Source: an uncultured Rhizobium sp.
Lineage (GTDB): Bacteria > Pseudomonadota > Alphaproteobacteria > Rhizobiales > Rhizobiaceae
Assembly (NCBI GenBank): GCA_945952045.1
Contig: CAMFHE010000001.1
Span: 74,041 to 138,040 of the forward strand
DNA length: 64,000 nt
Direction: 5' to 3'
Position 1 is the first letter of the stretch; every line of letters begins with the position of its first letter. The notes beneath the pieces are model-generated. The model had not been told where the DNA came from. It ran no database searches and saw only the letters and a program-made list of their open reading frames with translations. Shown here piece by piece: positions 1-9,548 of this stretch. Both the position numbers and the translations under genes were made by a program.

Positions 1-1
1 C

Positions 2-574
2 GGCTATTTTGCCGGTAAGGTGGACCGGATCATCTCGCAAGGCATCGACGTGGCGCTCTCCTTTCCCTTCGTCGTCACGGCGCTGAGCCTTCTGTCCTTG
101 AACCGCAGCGGCACAGGCGAACCGATCATTCCGCCAGTCATGGTCGTCATACTGGTCATTGCTCTGTTTTCATGGACATTCTTTGCACGCTTGACGCGCG
201 GTCTCGTACTGTCGTTGCGTCAAAGCCCGATGGTCGAGGCGTCCCGGACCGTTGGCGCCTCAGGCCTTCGCATCGTTCTGATCGACATCCTGCCGAACAT
301 CCTGCCGGCGGTGATCGTCTATTGGGCCGTGCAGCTGCCGGCCAATATCATTGCCGAAGCGACGCTATCTTTCCTTGGCGTCGGCATCCAGGCCCCGAAT
401 GCAAGCTGGGGCAATATGATCGCCGAGGCCCAGCGCAGTTCGCTTTACCAGGATCAACCCTGGTTTCTTGTCGGGCCGGGCCTTGCATTGTTCCTGACGG
501 TCGCGGGCTTCAATACGCTCAGCGCCGGTCTCCGAAACGTCCTCGATCCCCATCATGCCGCAGGTGAGCGATGA
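2..574 (+). CDS. Peptide/nickel ABC transporter permease, DppC/OppC-type (5' truncated by window)
   Basis: Hydrophobic; EAA loop (VEASRTVGAS), AEATLSFLGVG and SWGNMI motifs; frame is open to the window edge. Confidence 0.9.
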   Translation, partial: GYFAGKVDRIISQGIDVALSFPFVVTALSLLSLNRSGTGEPIIPPVMVVILVIALFSWTFFARLTRGLVLSLRQSPMVEASRTVGASGLRIVLIDILPNILPAVIVYWAVQLPANIIAEATLSFLGVGIQAPNASWGNMIAEAQRSSLYQDQPWFLVGPGLALFLTVAGFNTLSAGLRNVLDPHHAAGER

Positions 575-1563
575 TCAGGCCATTCTTTTCCATCGTCTTC
601 CGGTCGGTTTCGACGCTCGTCATCGTGTTGGTTCTGTCCTTCTTCATCACACGGATCGCCTATCGCAATCCGGCTGCGATGCTTGCACCGCGCAACGCGA
701 CGCAGCAGACCATCGACGGCGTTGCGCGCGCGCTGAGGCTGGACGAGCCGTGGTATCAGCAATTGTGGTACTATCTGTATCGCGGACCGGATATTCAGGG
801 CGCGCCGATGGGCATCATGCATTGGCCACCGGCATTGGGCTATTCGTTCCGCAAGCAGGCGCCGGTGACCGACCTTATCCTCGCCAAAGCGCCGGTAACA
901 CTGTCGCTGGCCTTGGGGGCGCTGGTGATCTGGATGACCATCGCCATCGTCGGCGGCGTGGTCGCGGCGCGCTGGCAAGGGAAATGGCTCGACCATGCGC
1001 TTGCCTTTTTCGCCTATATCGGCCTGTCGATTCCGACCTTCCTCAGCGGCATTCTGATTTCCTGGTTTTTCTTTTTCCAGCTGAACAGCTATGGTCTGCG
1101 CTGGTTTCCGAGCAGCGGTTACGTGCCGCTTGTCGAAGATCCACTGGCGTGGGCACGGCATCTGGCATTGCCTTGGGCAACGCTTGCGCTGGCGGAAATC
1201 GGCATCTTCCAGCGGGTCGTCCGCGCAAGCATGCTCGATGTGCTGGGCCAGGACTTCATCCGCACCGCCCGCGCCAAGGGGGTCTCCGAGTGGCGCGTCT
1301 ATTTCGATCATGCGCTGAAGGCGGCGCTCAACCCGATCTTGACGCTCGGAGGCCTGGAGCTTGCCGTCATCATGGGCGGGGCCATCGTCACCGAGACCAT
1401 CTTCGGCCTCGATGGAATTGGCCGGATGGCGATTGCCGCAGCACTCGACGGCGACTTCCCCGTCGTCATCGGCACGACGATCTTCGCTGCCGCCGCCTTC
1501 GTTTTATGCACCCTGGTCGTGGACGTCATTGCCGAATGGCTCGATCCACGCGGCGCGCGCTGA
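571..1563 (+). CDS. Peptide ABC transporter permease, DppB/OppB-type
   Basis: DFIRTARAKG EAA motif, ETIFGLDGIG, DFPVVIG; ATGA overlap with the upstream gene. Confidence 0.92.
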   Translation: MIRPFFSIVFRSVSTLVIVLVLSFFITRIAYRNPAAMLAPRNATQQTIDGVARALRLDEPWYQQLWYYLYRGPDIQGAPMGIMHWPPALGYSFRKQAPVTDLILAKAPVTLSLALGALVIWMTIAIVGGVVAARWQGKWLDHALAFFAYIGLSIPTFLSGILISWFFFFQLNSYGLRWFPSSGYVPLVEDPLAWARHLALPWATLALAEIGIFQRVVRASMLDVLGQDFIRTARAKGVSEWRVYFDHALKAALNPILTLGGLELAVIMGGAIVTETIFGLDGIGRMAIAAALDGDFPVVIGTTIFAAAAFVLCTLVVDVIAEWLDPRGAR

Positions 1564-1797
1564 CAATCGGCCGTCGCATATCGATCAAAAGCCGATGAGC
1601 GAAAGAATACAAGGCGATAGGCGAAGGTAAAGTCCCGGTTGCCGACATGTCCTACTTGGCCGTTGTCCCCATCTTCGCGCGCCGACATTTATAGGGCAAT
1701 TCGTTAAAGATAAAATTCTACTCTTTTCTTGGGAGCGCTTGTCGCCGGCCGGGCTGGATACGGGCGCAGCGTGAGGAAAAAGATCCAAGGGGACGAA

Positions 1798-3996
1798 ATG
1801 CTGTTCAAGTCGACGACAGGGCGTAATATATTCGCGGTTGCAGCCTGTGGTATCATTGCAACGATTTCCGCATCGGCTGTGCTGTTCTACCGATCCTACG
1901 ATGACGTCAGAAGCAATAGTCTTGAGCATATGCGCCAGGTTGCCCAGGCCGAAGCGCTGACATCCGAGAAAAATGTCGGCGGTACGATCCATATCGTCAA
2001 CGACCTCGGTTCTTTTCTGGAGACCATGAAGCAAAACGGCGACACGGATCGTGGAAAAACCGATCAGACCATTCGTCATATGCTCGAAAGCAATCCCGAA
2101 GTGCTTGCCATCTGGACCGGTTGGGAGCCGAATGCCTTCGACGGCAAGGATTCCGAATTCGTCAACAAAAAGGGACACGATACGACCGGCCGCTATGTTC
2201 CCTATTGGGTTCGCGGCGGTGACGGCAAGATCGACAATACGGCCCTGACCGACTACGCCACCGCCGGCCCCGGCGATTATTACCAATTGCCATTTACCCA
2301 GCAGAAAACCGTGGTCATAGAGCCCTACCCTTACGCGATCGGGGGCAAGGATGTACTGATCACCTCGGTGGCCAAGCCGGTCTTGATCGATGGCAAGCCC
2401 GTCGGTGTTGCGGGCCTCGACCTGTCGCTGGAAAAGACCAGCCAGGCGCTCTCGCTCGTGCATCCCATGGGCACAGGCTCCATGAGCCTGGTCACAGCCG
2501 CCGGCAAGATCATCGGCCACCCCGACGCCGCGCTTATCGGGAAGAGCCTTGCGGATGGCGGCGCGCAAACCGCCGGCTGGGGCGAACTGATCGCCAATCC
2601 CGGAATTGAAAAGGAAATGGTCGGCGCCGATGGCGCCACCTATTTCGCCATTGCCTCGCCTATCAAGCTCACGCAGGACATGACGTGGTATGCGATCGTT
2701 TCTGTGCCGAAGAGCACGGTGTTCGCGCAGCTGAACGTAATGATGCGCGATGCGATCGCGACGATTGTCGCAGCTGCCGTGTTGCTGTCGCTGGCCGGCT
2801 GGCTGATTGCCCGTCGCTTCATCGGGCGTATTACCAATGTGATCGGCGAGACCGCGCGTATCGCGCAGGGCGATCTTCAGATGACGCTCAGGGATAGTCA
2901 GGTCAAGGATGAGATCGGCGATCTCGCCCGCTCGCTGGAAGTGCTTCTGGAAAACAATCGCGAAAAAGCGCGGCTCGAGAATGAGGCGGACTCCAACCGC
3001 AGTCTGAGCGAAAGTGAGCGCATCGCCCGTGAGAAGAACGCTGCGAAGGAAGCTGCCGACATCAAATTCGCTGTCGACAATCTGGCGAACGCATTGGCGA
3101 GACTGGCGGAGGGTGACGTTTCCTGCCGTATCCACCAGCCCTTCGTCGGCCAGCTCGATGGCGTGCGCAACAATTTCAACGGCTCCGCCGAAAAGCTGCA
3201 GGATGCCTTGATCCGTGTTTCGCAGAATGCCCGCGGCATCGATGCCGGCGCCAACGAGATCAAATCCGCGGCCGACGATCTGGCGCGGCGCACGGAACAG
3301 CAGGCGGCTGCCGTCGAAGAAACGGCCGCCGCGCTCGAAGAAATCACCACGACCGTCAAGGATGCGGCCAAGCGCGCGCATGAGGCCGGCCAGCTCGTTT
3401 CGCGCGCCCGTGTCGGCGCCGAACGTTCCGGCGAGGTGGTGCGCCAGGCGGTCATCGCCATGGAACGCATCGAGACCTCGTCGAACGAGATCTCAAACAT
3501 CATTGGCGTCATCGACGAAATCGCTTTCCAGACCAACCTGCTTGCGCTGAATGCCGGCGTCGAGGCGGCGCGTGCGGGCGAGGCCGGCAAGGGCTTTGCG
3601 GTCGTTGCGCAGGAAGTGCGTGAGCTCGCCCAACGCTCGGCCAAGGCGGCGAAGGAGATCAAGGGCCTGATCACCGCCTCGAACCAGCATGTCTCCGAAG
3701 GCGTGCAACTGGTCGGCGATACCGGCAAGGCGCTCGATGTCATCGTTGCCGAGGTGCAGGAGATCAACCAGCACGTCGGCGCCATCGTCGAGTCGGCGCA
3801 GGAACAGTCTTCCGGACTCCAGCAGATCAACACCGCCGTCAACCAGATGGATCAGGATACGCAGAAGAATGCGGCCATGGTGGAGGAAACCACGGCAGCA
3901 AGCCATAGCCTGGCCATGGAAGTCCAGGCGCTGAACCAGTTGCTCAACCAGTTCGAACTCGGCTCGACAACCGTTACACGCCGCGCCGCCGCCTGA
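1798..3996 (+). CDS. Methyl-accepting chemotaxis protein with dCache sensor and HAMP domains
   Basis: Two TM segments, periplasmic dCache (EPNAFDG..GRYVPYW..EPYPY), DEIGDLARSL HAMP, IAFQTNLLALNAGVEAARAGEAGKGFAVVA signalling tip; start placed at the ATG after GGGGA. Confidence 0.95.
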   Translation: MLFKSTTGRNIFAVAACGIIATISASAVLFYRSYDDVRSNSLEHMRQVAQAEALTSEKNVGGTIHIVNDLGSFLETMKQNGDTDRGKTDQTIRHMLESNPEVLAIWTGWEPNAFDGKDSEFVNKKGHDTTGRYVPYWVRGGDGKIDNTALTDYATAGPGDYYQLPFTQQKTVVIEPYPYAIGGKDVLITSVAKPVLIDGKPVGVAGLDLSLEKTSQALSLVHPMGTGSMSLVTAAGKIIGHPDAALIGKSLADGGAQTAGWGELIANPGIEKEMVGADGATYFAIASPIKLTQDMTWYAIVSVPKSTVFAQLNVMMRDAIATIVAAAVLLSLAGWLIARRFIGRITNVIGETARIAQGDLQMTLRDSQVKDEIGDLARSLEVLLENNREKARLENEADSNRSLSESERIAREKNAAKEAADIKFAVDNLANALARLAEGDVSCRIHQPFVGQLDGVRNNFNGSAEKLQDALIRVSQNARGIDAGANEIKSAADDLARRTEQQAAAVEETAAALEEITTTVKDAAKRAHEAGQLVSRARVGAERSGEVVRQAVIAMERIETSSNEISNIIGVIDEIAFQTNLLALNAGVEAARAGEAGKGFAVVAQEVRELAQRSAKAAKEIKGLITASNQHVSEGVQLVGDTGKALDVIVAEVQEINQHVGAIVESAQEQSSGLQQINTAVNQMDQDTQKNAAMVEETTAASHSLAMEVQALNQLLNQFELGSTTVTRRAAA

Positions 3997-4011
3997 CGTC
4001 TTTACGCAATA

Positions 4012-4047
4012 GGCCGCAGCCACGGAAGAAATCCCGTGGCTGCGGCC
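4012..4047. terminator. Hairpin, likely bidirectional terminator
   Basis: 14-bp perfect stem GGCCGCAGCCACGG/CCGTGGCTGCGGCC between convergent mcp and DUF982 genes. Confidence 0.7.
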
Positions 4048-4168
4048 ATGTCGTTTAGTCGCCGAACGATTTCGGGATTAATGCCTTCGTTGATGTGAGA
4101 GGCTAGTCCGTTCAATTTGGGCGCAGACTTCAGCTTGTCGGCATAACGCGCCGGTCTTGGTGCAGAGG

Positions 4169-4423
4169 TCAGTGAACGGTCACCGCAATATGGGCTTCCT
4201 GTGCGGCGGCGAGGAAAGCGTCGCGCACATCTTCTTCTTCCGCTTCTCCATCGAAGGCATCGGCGCAGATGCGGATCGCCTCGAAGAAGGCTTCGCCGTG
4301 CTGCTCCGGCCAGCATTCCATAAGAGAGGTGGCGGCTTCTACGGAATTATGGACGAGAACGAAGACGCCGGCTTTTGCATCGGCGAGAATGACTGACTCG
4401 TGCCAATTATGAGCGCTTTCCAT
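4169..4423 (-). CDS. DUF982 family small protein
   Basis: 84 aa, V.S...A...L...WP..HG..F..A...C..A.DG......R.AF..AA.EA pattern; GAGG RBS. Confidence 0.8.
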   Translation of the reverse strand: MESAHNWHESVILADAKAGVFVLVHNSVEAATSLMECWPEQHGEAFFEAIRICADAFDGEAEEEDVRDAFLAAAQEAHIAVTVH

Positions 4424-4455
4424 GGTATCGCCTCGCGCTGCGTTTCTATCCACAC

Positions 4456-4481
4456 AAGTTGGAATGACTTGAAAAAGTTCC
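4456..4481 (-). promoter_or_regulatory. Putative EcfG/RpoE2 general-stress promoter for DUF982
   Basis: Minus strand reads GGAAC-N19-TT, about 30 nt upstream of the start. Confidence 0.4.
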
Positions 4482-4659
4482 ATGGAATGTGTTGTGAGGC
4501 AGAATATACTTTGTTGAAAGAGTATGATTCGACCGCCGGTTGACGCGTTTTTCAGTGGAGCGCATCGTTGCGCGAGCAGCGGACGTCGACCAATATTACA
4601 ACCGCATCTTTCATCGTCGGGTCGGCGAAACCTTTTGTTTTTAAAGCCGTTATCCCGGC

Positions 4660-6642
4660 ATGACAGATGCCGATCCGAATTCGAAACCTTCAGACGCATT
4701 CCCGCCGAACAAGGACGCCGCCGGCGATGCCGAGCCGCTACCGGAGGCCGTCGAACCGGACCCTGAACTGACACCGGAAGAGGCCGAGCAGGCCCGCAAG
4801 AAATACCTGCTGAAACGGTTCTGGATCAGCGCGCGCGGCTATTGGAGCCGTCACGGCGACAAACTTGCCTGGGTGTGCTCAATCGGGTTGTTGACGCTGA
4901 TCGGTATCAATGTCGGCTTCCAGTATGGGATCAATGTCTGGAATCGATCCATTTTCGATGCCATCGAAAAGCGAGATGCCGGCACCGTCTATTTTCTCAG
5001 CGCTGTCTTTATCCCGCTGGTCTTCGGCAGCATGTCGCTTGTCGTGATTCAGGTCGCCATTCGCATGATGATCCAGCGACGCTGGCGCTCCTGGCTGACG
5101 AAAGGGCTGATCGCGCGCTGGCTGGCGAATGGCCGCTATTACCAGCTCAATCTCATCGGCGGCGATCACAAGAACCCGGAAGCGCGCATTTCGGAGGATC
5201 TGCGCATTGCGACTGAGTCACCGGTCGATTTCGTCGCAGGCGTCATTTCCGCCTTTCTGTCGGCCTCGACCTTCATAGTCGTGCTCTGGACCATCGGCGG
5301 GTCACTGTCGCTGAAGTTAAGCGGCTCGACCGTCACCATTCCCGGCTTTCTCGTCATCACGGCGGTGCTTTACGCGGCGATCACCTCCGGCTCGATGGCG
5401 ATCATCGGTCGCAATTTCGTGCATGTATCCGAGGTCAAAAACCAGGCGGAAGCCGAGTTTCGCTATACGCTGACGCATGTTCGCGAAAATGGCGAGAGCA
5501 TCGCCCTGCTCGGGGGCGAAGAAGAAGAGCGCAACGATCTCGAAAAGACGTTCGGCACCGTGCTTGGACAATGGGCGCTTTTGGCCCGCCAGCACATGCG
5601 CACGACGCTCGTTTCGCAGGTGTCCAGCCTGTTTGCGCCGGTCGTGCCGATCTTGCTGTGCGCGCCGAAATTCCTCGATGGCAGCATGACGCTCGGGCAG
5701 GTCATGCAGGCGGCGTCTGCCTTTGCCATCGTCCAGGGTGCGTTCGGCTGGCTGGTGGACAATTATCCGCGGCTTGCCGACTGGAACGCCAGCGCCCGGC
5801 GCGTCGCATCGCTGATGATGTCGCTCGACGGGCTCGAACGGGCCGAACACAGCGACGATCTTGGCCGTATCAAGCGCGGCGCGACACAGGACAATGCGAT
5901 GTTGAGCCTGAGCGACCTTTCCGTTTCGCTGGACGATGGAACCGCCGTCGTCAAGGAAACCAAGGTGGTCATCGAGGCCGGAGAGCGCGTGCTCGTCGCG
6001 GGGGAATCCGGCTCCGGCAAGAGCACGCTGGTGCGCGCCATTGCCGGTCTCTGGCCGTGGGGCGAGGGCAGCGTCAACATTCACCCTGACAAGGAGTTGT
6101 TCATGTTGCCGCAACGGCCATATATCCCCTCGGGGACGTTGCGCCGCGCCGTCGCCTACCCGCGTGCGGTCGACAGATGGACGATGGAAGAGACGCAAAT
6201 CGCGCTTGAAAAGGTCGGGCTCGGCTATCTCAAGGAGAAAATCGAGGAAGAGGCGCCCTGGGATCATACTCTCTCGGGCGGCGAAAAGCAGCGGCTCGCC
6301 TTTGCGCGCCTTCTGCTGCACGATCCCGATATCATCGTGCTCGATGAGGCAACTTCGGCGCTGGACGAAAAGAGCCAGGATACAATGATGGAAACGCTGA
6401 TCCGCGAATTGCCCAACGTCACTATCCTCAGTGTCGCCCACCGCGCCGAACTGGAAGTGTTTCATAGCCGCAAGATAACGCTGGAGCGCCGCCAGGGCGG
6501 TGCAAAGCTGGTCAGCGATATCGACCTCGTGCCTCGCAAACGAAAACCAAACCTCCTGTCCCGGCTCGTCCACAATCGCCGGTCGAGACGCAAGGGCGGG
6601 AAGATCGCAGGCAAGGCGACGCTTCCACGCAACAGGTACTGA
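4660..6642 (+). CDS. ABC half-transporter, SbmA/BacA-like membrane domain plus ATPase (ExsE/BclA/YddA-like)
   Basis: NPEARISED and EAEFRYTL membrane-domain motifs; Walker A GESGSGKS, LSGGEKQR, LDEATSALD. Confidence 0.88.
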   Translation: MTDADPNSKPSDAFPPNKDAAGDAEPLPEAVEPDPELTPEEAEQARKKYLLKRFWISARGYWSRHGDKLAWVCSIGLLTLIGINVGFQYGINVWNRSIFDAIEKRDAGTVYFLSAVFIPLVFGSMSLVVIQVAIRMMIQRRWRSWLTKGLIARWLANGRYYQLNLIGGDHKNPEARISEDLRIATESPVDFVAGVISAFLSASTFIVVLWTIGGSLSLKLSGSTVTIPGFLVITAVLYAAITSGSMAIIGRNFVHVSEVKNQAEAEFRYTLTHVRENGESIALLGGEEEERNDLEKTFGTVLGQWALLARQHMRTTLVSQVSSLFAPVVPILLCAPKFLDGSMTLGQVMQAASAFAIVQGAFGWLVDNYPRLADWNASARRVASLMMSLDGLERAEHSDDLGRIKRGATQDNAMLSLSDLSVSLDDGTAVVKETKVVIEAGERVLVAGESGSGKSTLVRAIAGLWPWGEGSVNIHPDKELFMLPQRPYIPSGTLRRAVAYPRAVDRWTMEETQIALEKVGLGYLKEKIEEEAPWDHTLSGGEKQRLAFARLLLHDPDIIVLDEATSALDEKSQDTMMETLIRELPNVTILSVAHRAELEVFHSRKITLERRQGGAKLVSDIDLVPRKRKPNLLSRLVHNRRSRRKGGKIAGKATLPRNRY

Positions 6643-6661
6643 CAGTGTCGCTGTAATCGAC

Positions 6662-8218
6662 CTAGATCATCAATTCGATCAGATAGGGCCGATCCGAGGC
6701 AAAACTCGCGGCAAGCGCTTCGCAGCAGGCTTCCATGGTGGCAACGCGCACCGCCTCGACGCCGAGCGAACGCGCCAGATCGGCCCAGCCGATGTCGGGA
6801 TTGCCGAGGTCGAGCATGCTCATCGCCGTCGGGCCGGGCACTGCGCCGACATTGCGGTATTCGCCGAGCAGAATATTGTAGCGCCGGTTGTTGAGCAGGA
6901 TCGTCGTGCAGGGAAGTTTTTCGCGCGCCTGCGTCCACAATGCCTGAAGCGTATAGGCGGCTGAACCATCCGCCTGCAGATTGACGACGCGCCGGTCGCG
7001 ATCGCTGGCAACGGCCGCGCCTGTCGCCACCGGCATGCCGCCGCCGATCGCGCCGCCGGTGATGATCAGATGGTCGTAGGGATGGGCCACCGCGCCCGTC
7101 GTCGTCAAGCCATTGCTGAAGGTGATGCTTTCATCGACGATAATGGCGTCCTCTGGCAGCAGCGCCGCCAGGGCCATGTCGAGCTTTTCCGGCGTCGGCT
7201 CGCCCTGTGGCAGGGCGAGTTCCCGCGGCAACGCCTGTTCGCCGCTAGTCCACGCGGTATTTTTGTCGACGCCCAAGGCCTCTGCCAGATGGCGCAATGC
7301 CTCGATCCCATCCTGATCGGCGCGGGAGAGCGTGTGAAGCGAAGCATGCGGATGGCAAAGCAGCGACGGTTTTCCGGGATAGCCGAAAAAGCCGACCGGT
7401 GGCGGGCAATTGATCAGGATCACCGCTTCGTAAGCGGCCAGCCGTTCGACGGCGACATCCACGGGATAGGGCACGCGGGGAAGGGCCGGAACGCCACGCC
7501 CGCGCGGCAGGGCGGCGACCAGCGAGCTTCCCATCACATCCGCACCGGTACGTTCGGCAATTGCATGTGAAAGCCGGATGCCGTCGAGCGCCGCGGCGCT
7601 GTTGCCAACGAGCAGCAGGCAGCGTTTGCCCGATGTCAGCATTCGACGGGCGACTTCGATGCTGTGCGGATCGAGCGGCGCGGGGCGCGCGATAGCCACG
7701 CCGGCGCTTTCGATGCCGCCCTCCGACCAGGAAATATCCGCCGGCAGGATCAGCGTGGTGATTTGTCCGGGGTGTTTTCGCGCGGTTGCGACGGCAAGTG
7801 CGGTATCCTGCCCGAGCTGCTGCGTGCTTCGCGGCGTGCAAACGCTGGCAGAGACGGTTGCGGCTAGGGCGGTGACATCGGCTGTCAGCGGTGAATCGAA
7901 AGGGCGATGCGCCGTCGCATGGTCGCCGACGATATTGACGATCCCGCTTTCGGCGCGTCTCGCATTGTGCAGGTTGGCAAGGCCATTTGACAGGCCCGGG
8001 CCGCAATGAAGCAAGGTGGCCGCAGGCCGGCGTAAAACCCGGTAATAGCCATCCGCCATCCCCGTCACGACGTTCTCCTGCAAACCAAGGACACAGCGGA
8101 TACCGGGAACGCGATCCAGCGCCGCCACGAAGTGCATTTCGCTGGTGCCGGGATTGGCGAAACACGTATCGACGCCGTTGGCCAGCAGGGTTCGGACCAG
8201 ACTTTCCGCTCCGTTCAT
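6662..8218 (-). CDS. Thiamine-diphosphate-dependent enzyme (acetolactate synthase large subunit-like/decarboxylase family)
   Basis: FANPGTSEMH, catalytic Glu in GLQENVVTGMADGY, ThDP motif ADGSAAY...LNNRRY. Confidence 0.88.
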   Translation of the reverse strand: MNGAESLVRTLLANGVDTCFANPGTSEMHFVAALDRVPGIRCVLGLQENVVTGMADGYYRVLRRPAATLLHCGPGLSNGLANLHNARRAESGIVNIVGDHATAHRPFDSPLTADVTALAATVSASVCTPRSTQQLGQDTALAVATARKHPGQITTLILPADISWSEGGIESAGVAIARPAPLDPHSIEVARRMLTSGKRCLLLVGNSAAALDGIRLSHAIAERTGADVMGSSLVAALPRGRGVPALPRVPYPVDVAVERLAAYEAVILINCPPPVGFFGYPGKPSLLCHPHASLHTLSRADQDGIEALRHLAEALGVDKNTAWTSGEQALPRELALPQGEPTPEKLDMALAALLPEDAIIVDESITFSNGLTTTGAVAHPYDHLIITGGAIGGGMPVATGAAVASDRDRRVVNLQADGSAAYTLQALWTQAREKLPCTTILLNNRRYNILLGEYRNVGAVPGPTAMSMLDLGNPDIGWADLARSLGVEAVRVATMEACCEALAASFASDRPYLIELMI

Positions 8219-8315
8219 CGGGTGCTCCTCACTTTATAAAGTATTGTTTTTAAACAAAAATGATGCCGTTTTCAAACCGGGCATTCGCATTGGATCGAAG
8301 CCTAACAAAAATAAA

Positions 8316-8367
8316 TTATACGTCCAGCCAATTTTTCTAAATAAAAAGTTGGACGTTCAGCAAATTT
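8316..8367. promoter_or_regulatory. Two putative BetI-type operator boxes in the divergent promoter
   Basis: TTATACGTCCAG (8316-8327) and TTGGACGTTCAG (8349-8360), forming a 33-bp-period repeat ACGTYCAGCMAATTT in an AT-rich spacer. Confidence 0.5.
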
Positions 8368-8419
8368 ATGTTAGCCCTGATTGCGGCCGCGGATGTGGCT
8401 GTCTTGAGGGAGGAGACTC

Positions 8420-9451
8420 ATGAAAATTCTCGCATCGTGCGCCGTCGGCGCATGTGTTCTCGTCGCGTTGCCTGCTGCTGCCAACGAGACGGTCAGCTAC
8501 GCATCCTATGGCGGCGCCTATCAGGAGGGTGTGCGCAAGGCGATCCTCGATCACCTGCCCAAAGATCATGGCATGGATATCAAGGAATACACGCTGCAAA
8601 GCGGGATTACCGATGTCCGCACCAAGGTGAAGGGCGGGGCCAACGAAATCGACGTTGCCGAACTCTATGGCGGCTATTGCAAGCAGGCGGCCGACGAAGG
8701 GCTTCTCGAAAAGCTCGACTACGACAAGATACCCAATGCCGCCGGCATTCCCGCCAATTTGCGCACCGATCATTCGATCGGCTTTACCGCATATTCGACG
8801 GTGCTGGCCTATAACAAGGATGTCTACAAGGACAATCCGCCGAAGAACTGGGCCGATTTCTTCGACACGAAGAACTTCCCCGGCTCGCGCGCCGTCTCCG
8901 GCTATAGCGGTCAGAGCAACCTGGAAATGGCTCTGATGGCCGATGGCGTCGCCCGGGACAAGCTTTACCCGCTCGACATCGAACGCGCCTTCGGCAAGCT
9001 CGATCAGCTCAAGCCCGATATCTCGGTGTTCTGGGATAGCGGCGCGCAGGCAACCCAGCTGGCGACCAGCCAGGAAGTGGATATGATGTCGATCTGGGCG
9101 GCGCGCATCGAGGCGGCCATCCGTGAAGGCGCGCCCTATGCCTATACGATCAACGAGGGCGTCGTCGATGTCGAATGCCTCGTCGTTCCCAAGGGCTCAC
9201 CCAACAAGGAAGGCGCGATGCGCCTGATCAACCATCTGCTGGATCCGAAATATCAGGCGAACCTTCCCGACTTCATTCCCTATGGTCCGATGAACCAGGA
9301 TGCGTTCAAGAACGGCCTGATCTCGCCGGAAAAGGCCGCCAAGATCGTCACCAGCACCGAAAACCTCGCCAAGCAGGTCTTCGTCGACGCCGCCTATTGG
9401 TCCGAGCATGCCACTGCCCTGCAGGAGCGCTGGGACAAGTTCAAGCAATGA
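8420..9451 (+). CDS. ABC substrate-binding protein, PotD/PotF family
   Basis: Signal peptide, SYGGAYQ, LMADGV..DKLYPLDIERAF. Confidence 0.9.
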   Translation: MKILASCAVGACVLVALPAAANETVSYASYGGAYQEGVRKAILDHLPKDHGMDIKEYTLQSGITDVRTKVKGGANEIDVAELYGGYCKQAADEGLLEKLDYDKIPNAAGIPANLRTDHSIGFTAYSTVLAYNKDVYKDNPPKNWADFFDTKNFPGSRAVSGYSGQSNLEMALMADGVARDKLYPLDIERAFGKLDQLKPDISVFWDSGAQATQLATSQEVDMMSIWAARIEAAIREGAPYAYTINEGVVDVECLVVPKGSPNKEGAMRLINHLLDPKYQANLPDFIPYGPMNQDAFKNGLISPEKAAKIVTSTENLAKQVFVDAAYWSEHATALQERWDKFKQ

Positions 9452-9548
9452 CGGAACCGGTGCCCGCGACATTCGGGCACCCCTGAGACAGGCGCGGCTA
9501 GAAGCTGCGTCTGCCCTGACCAGCGCAAGAATTTTGGGATGCTTGGGA

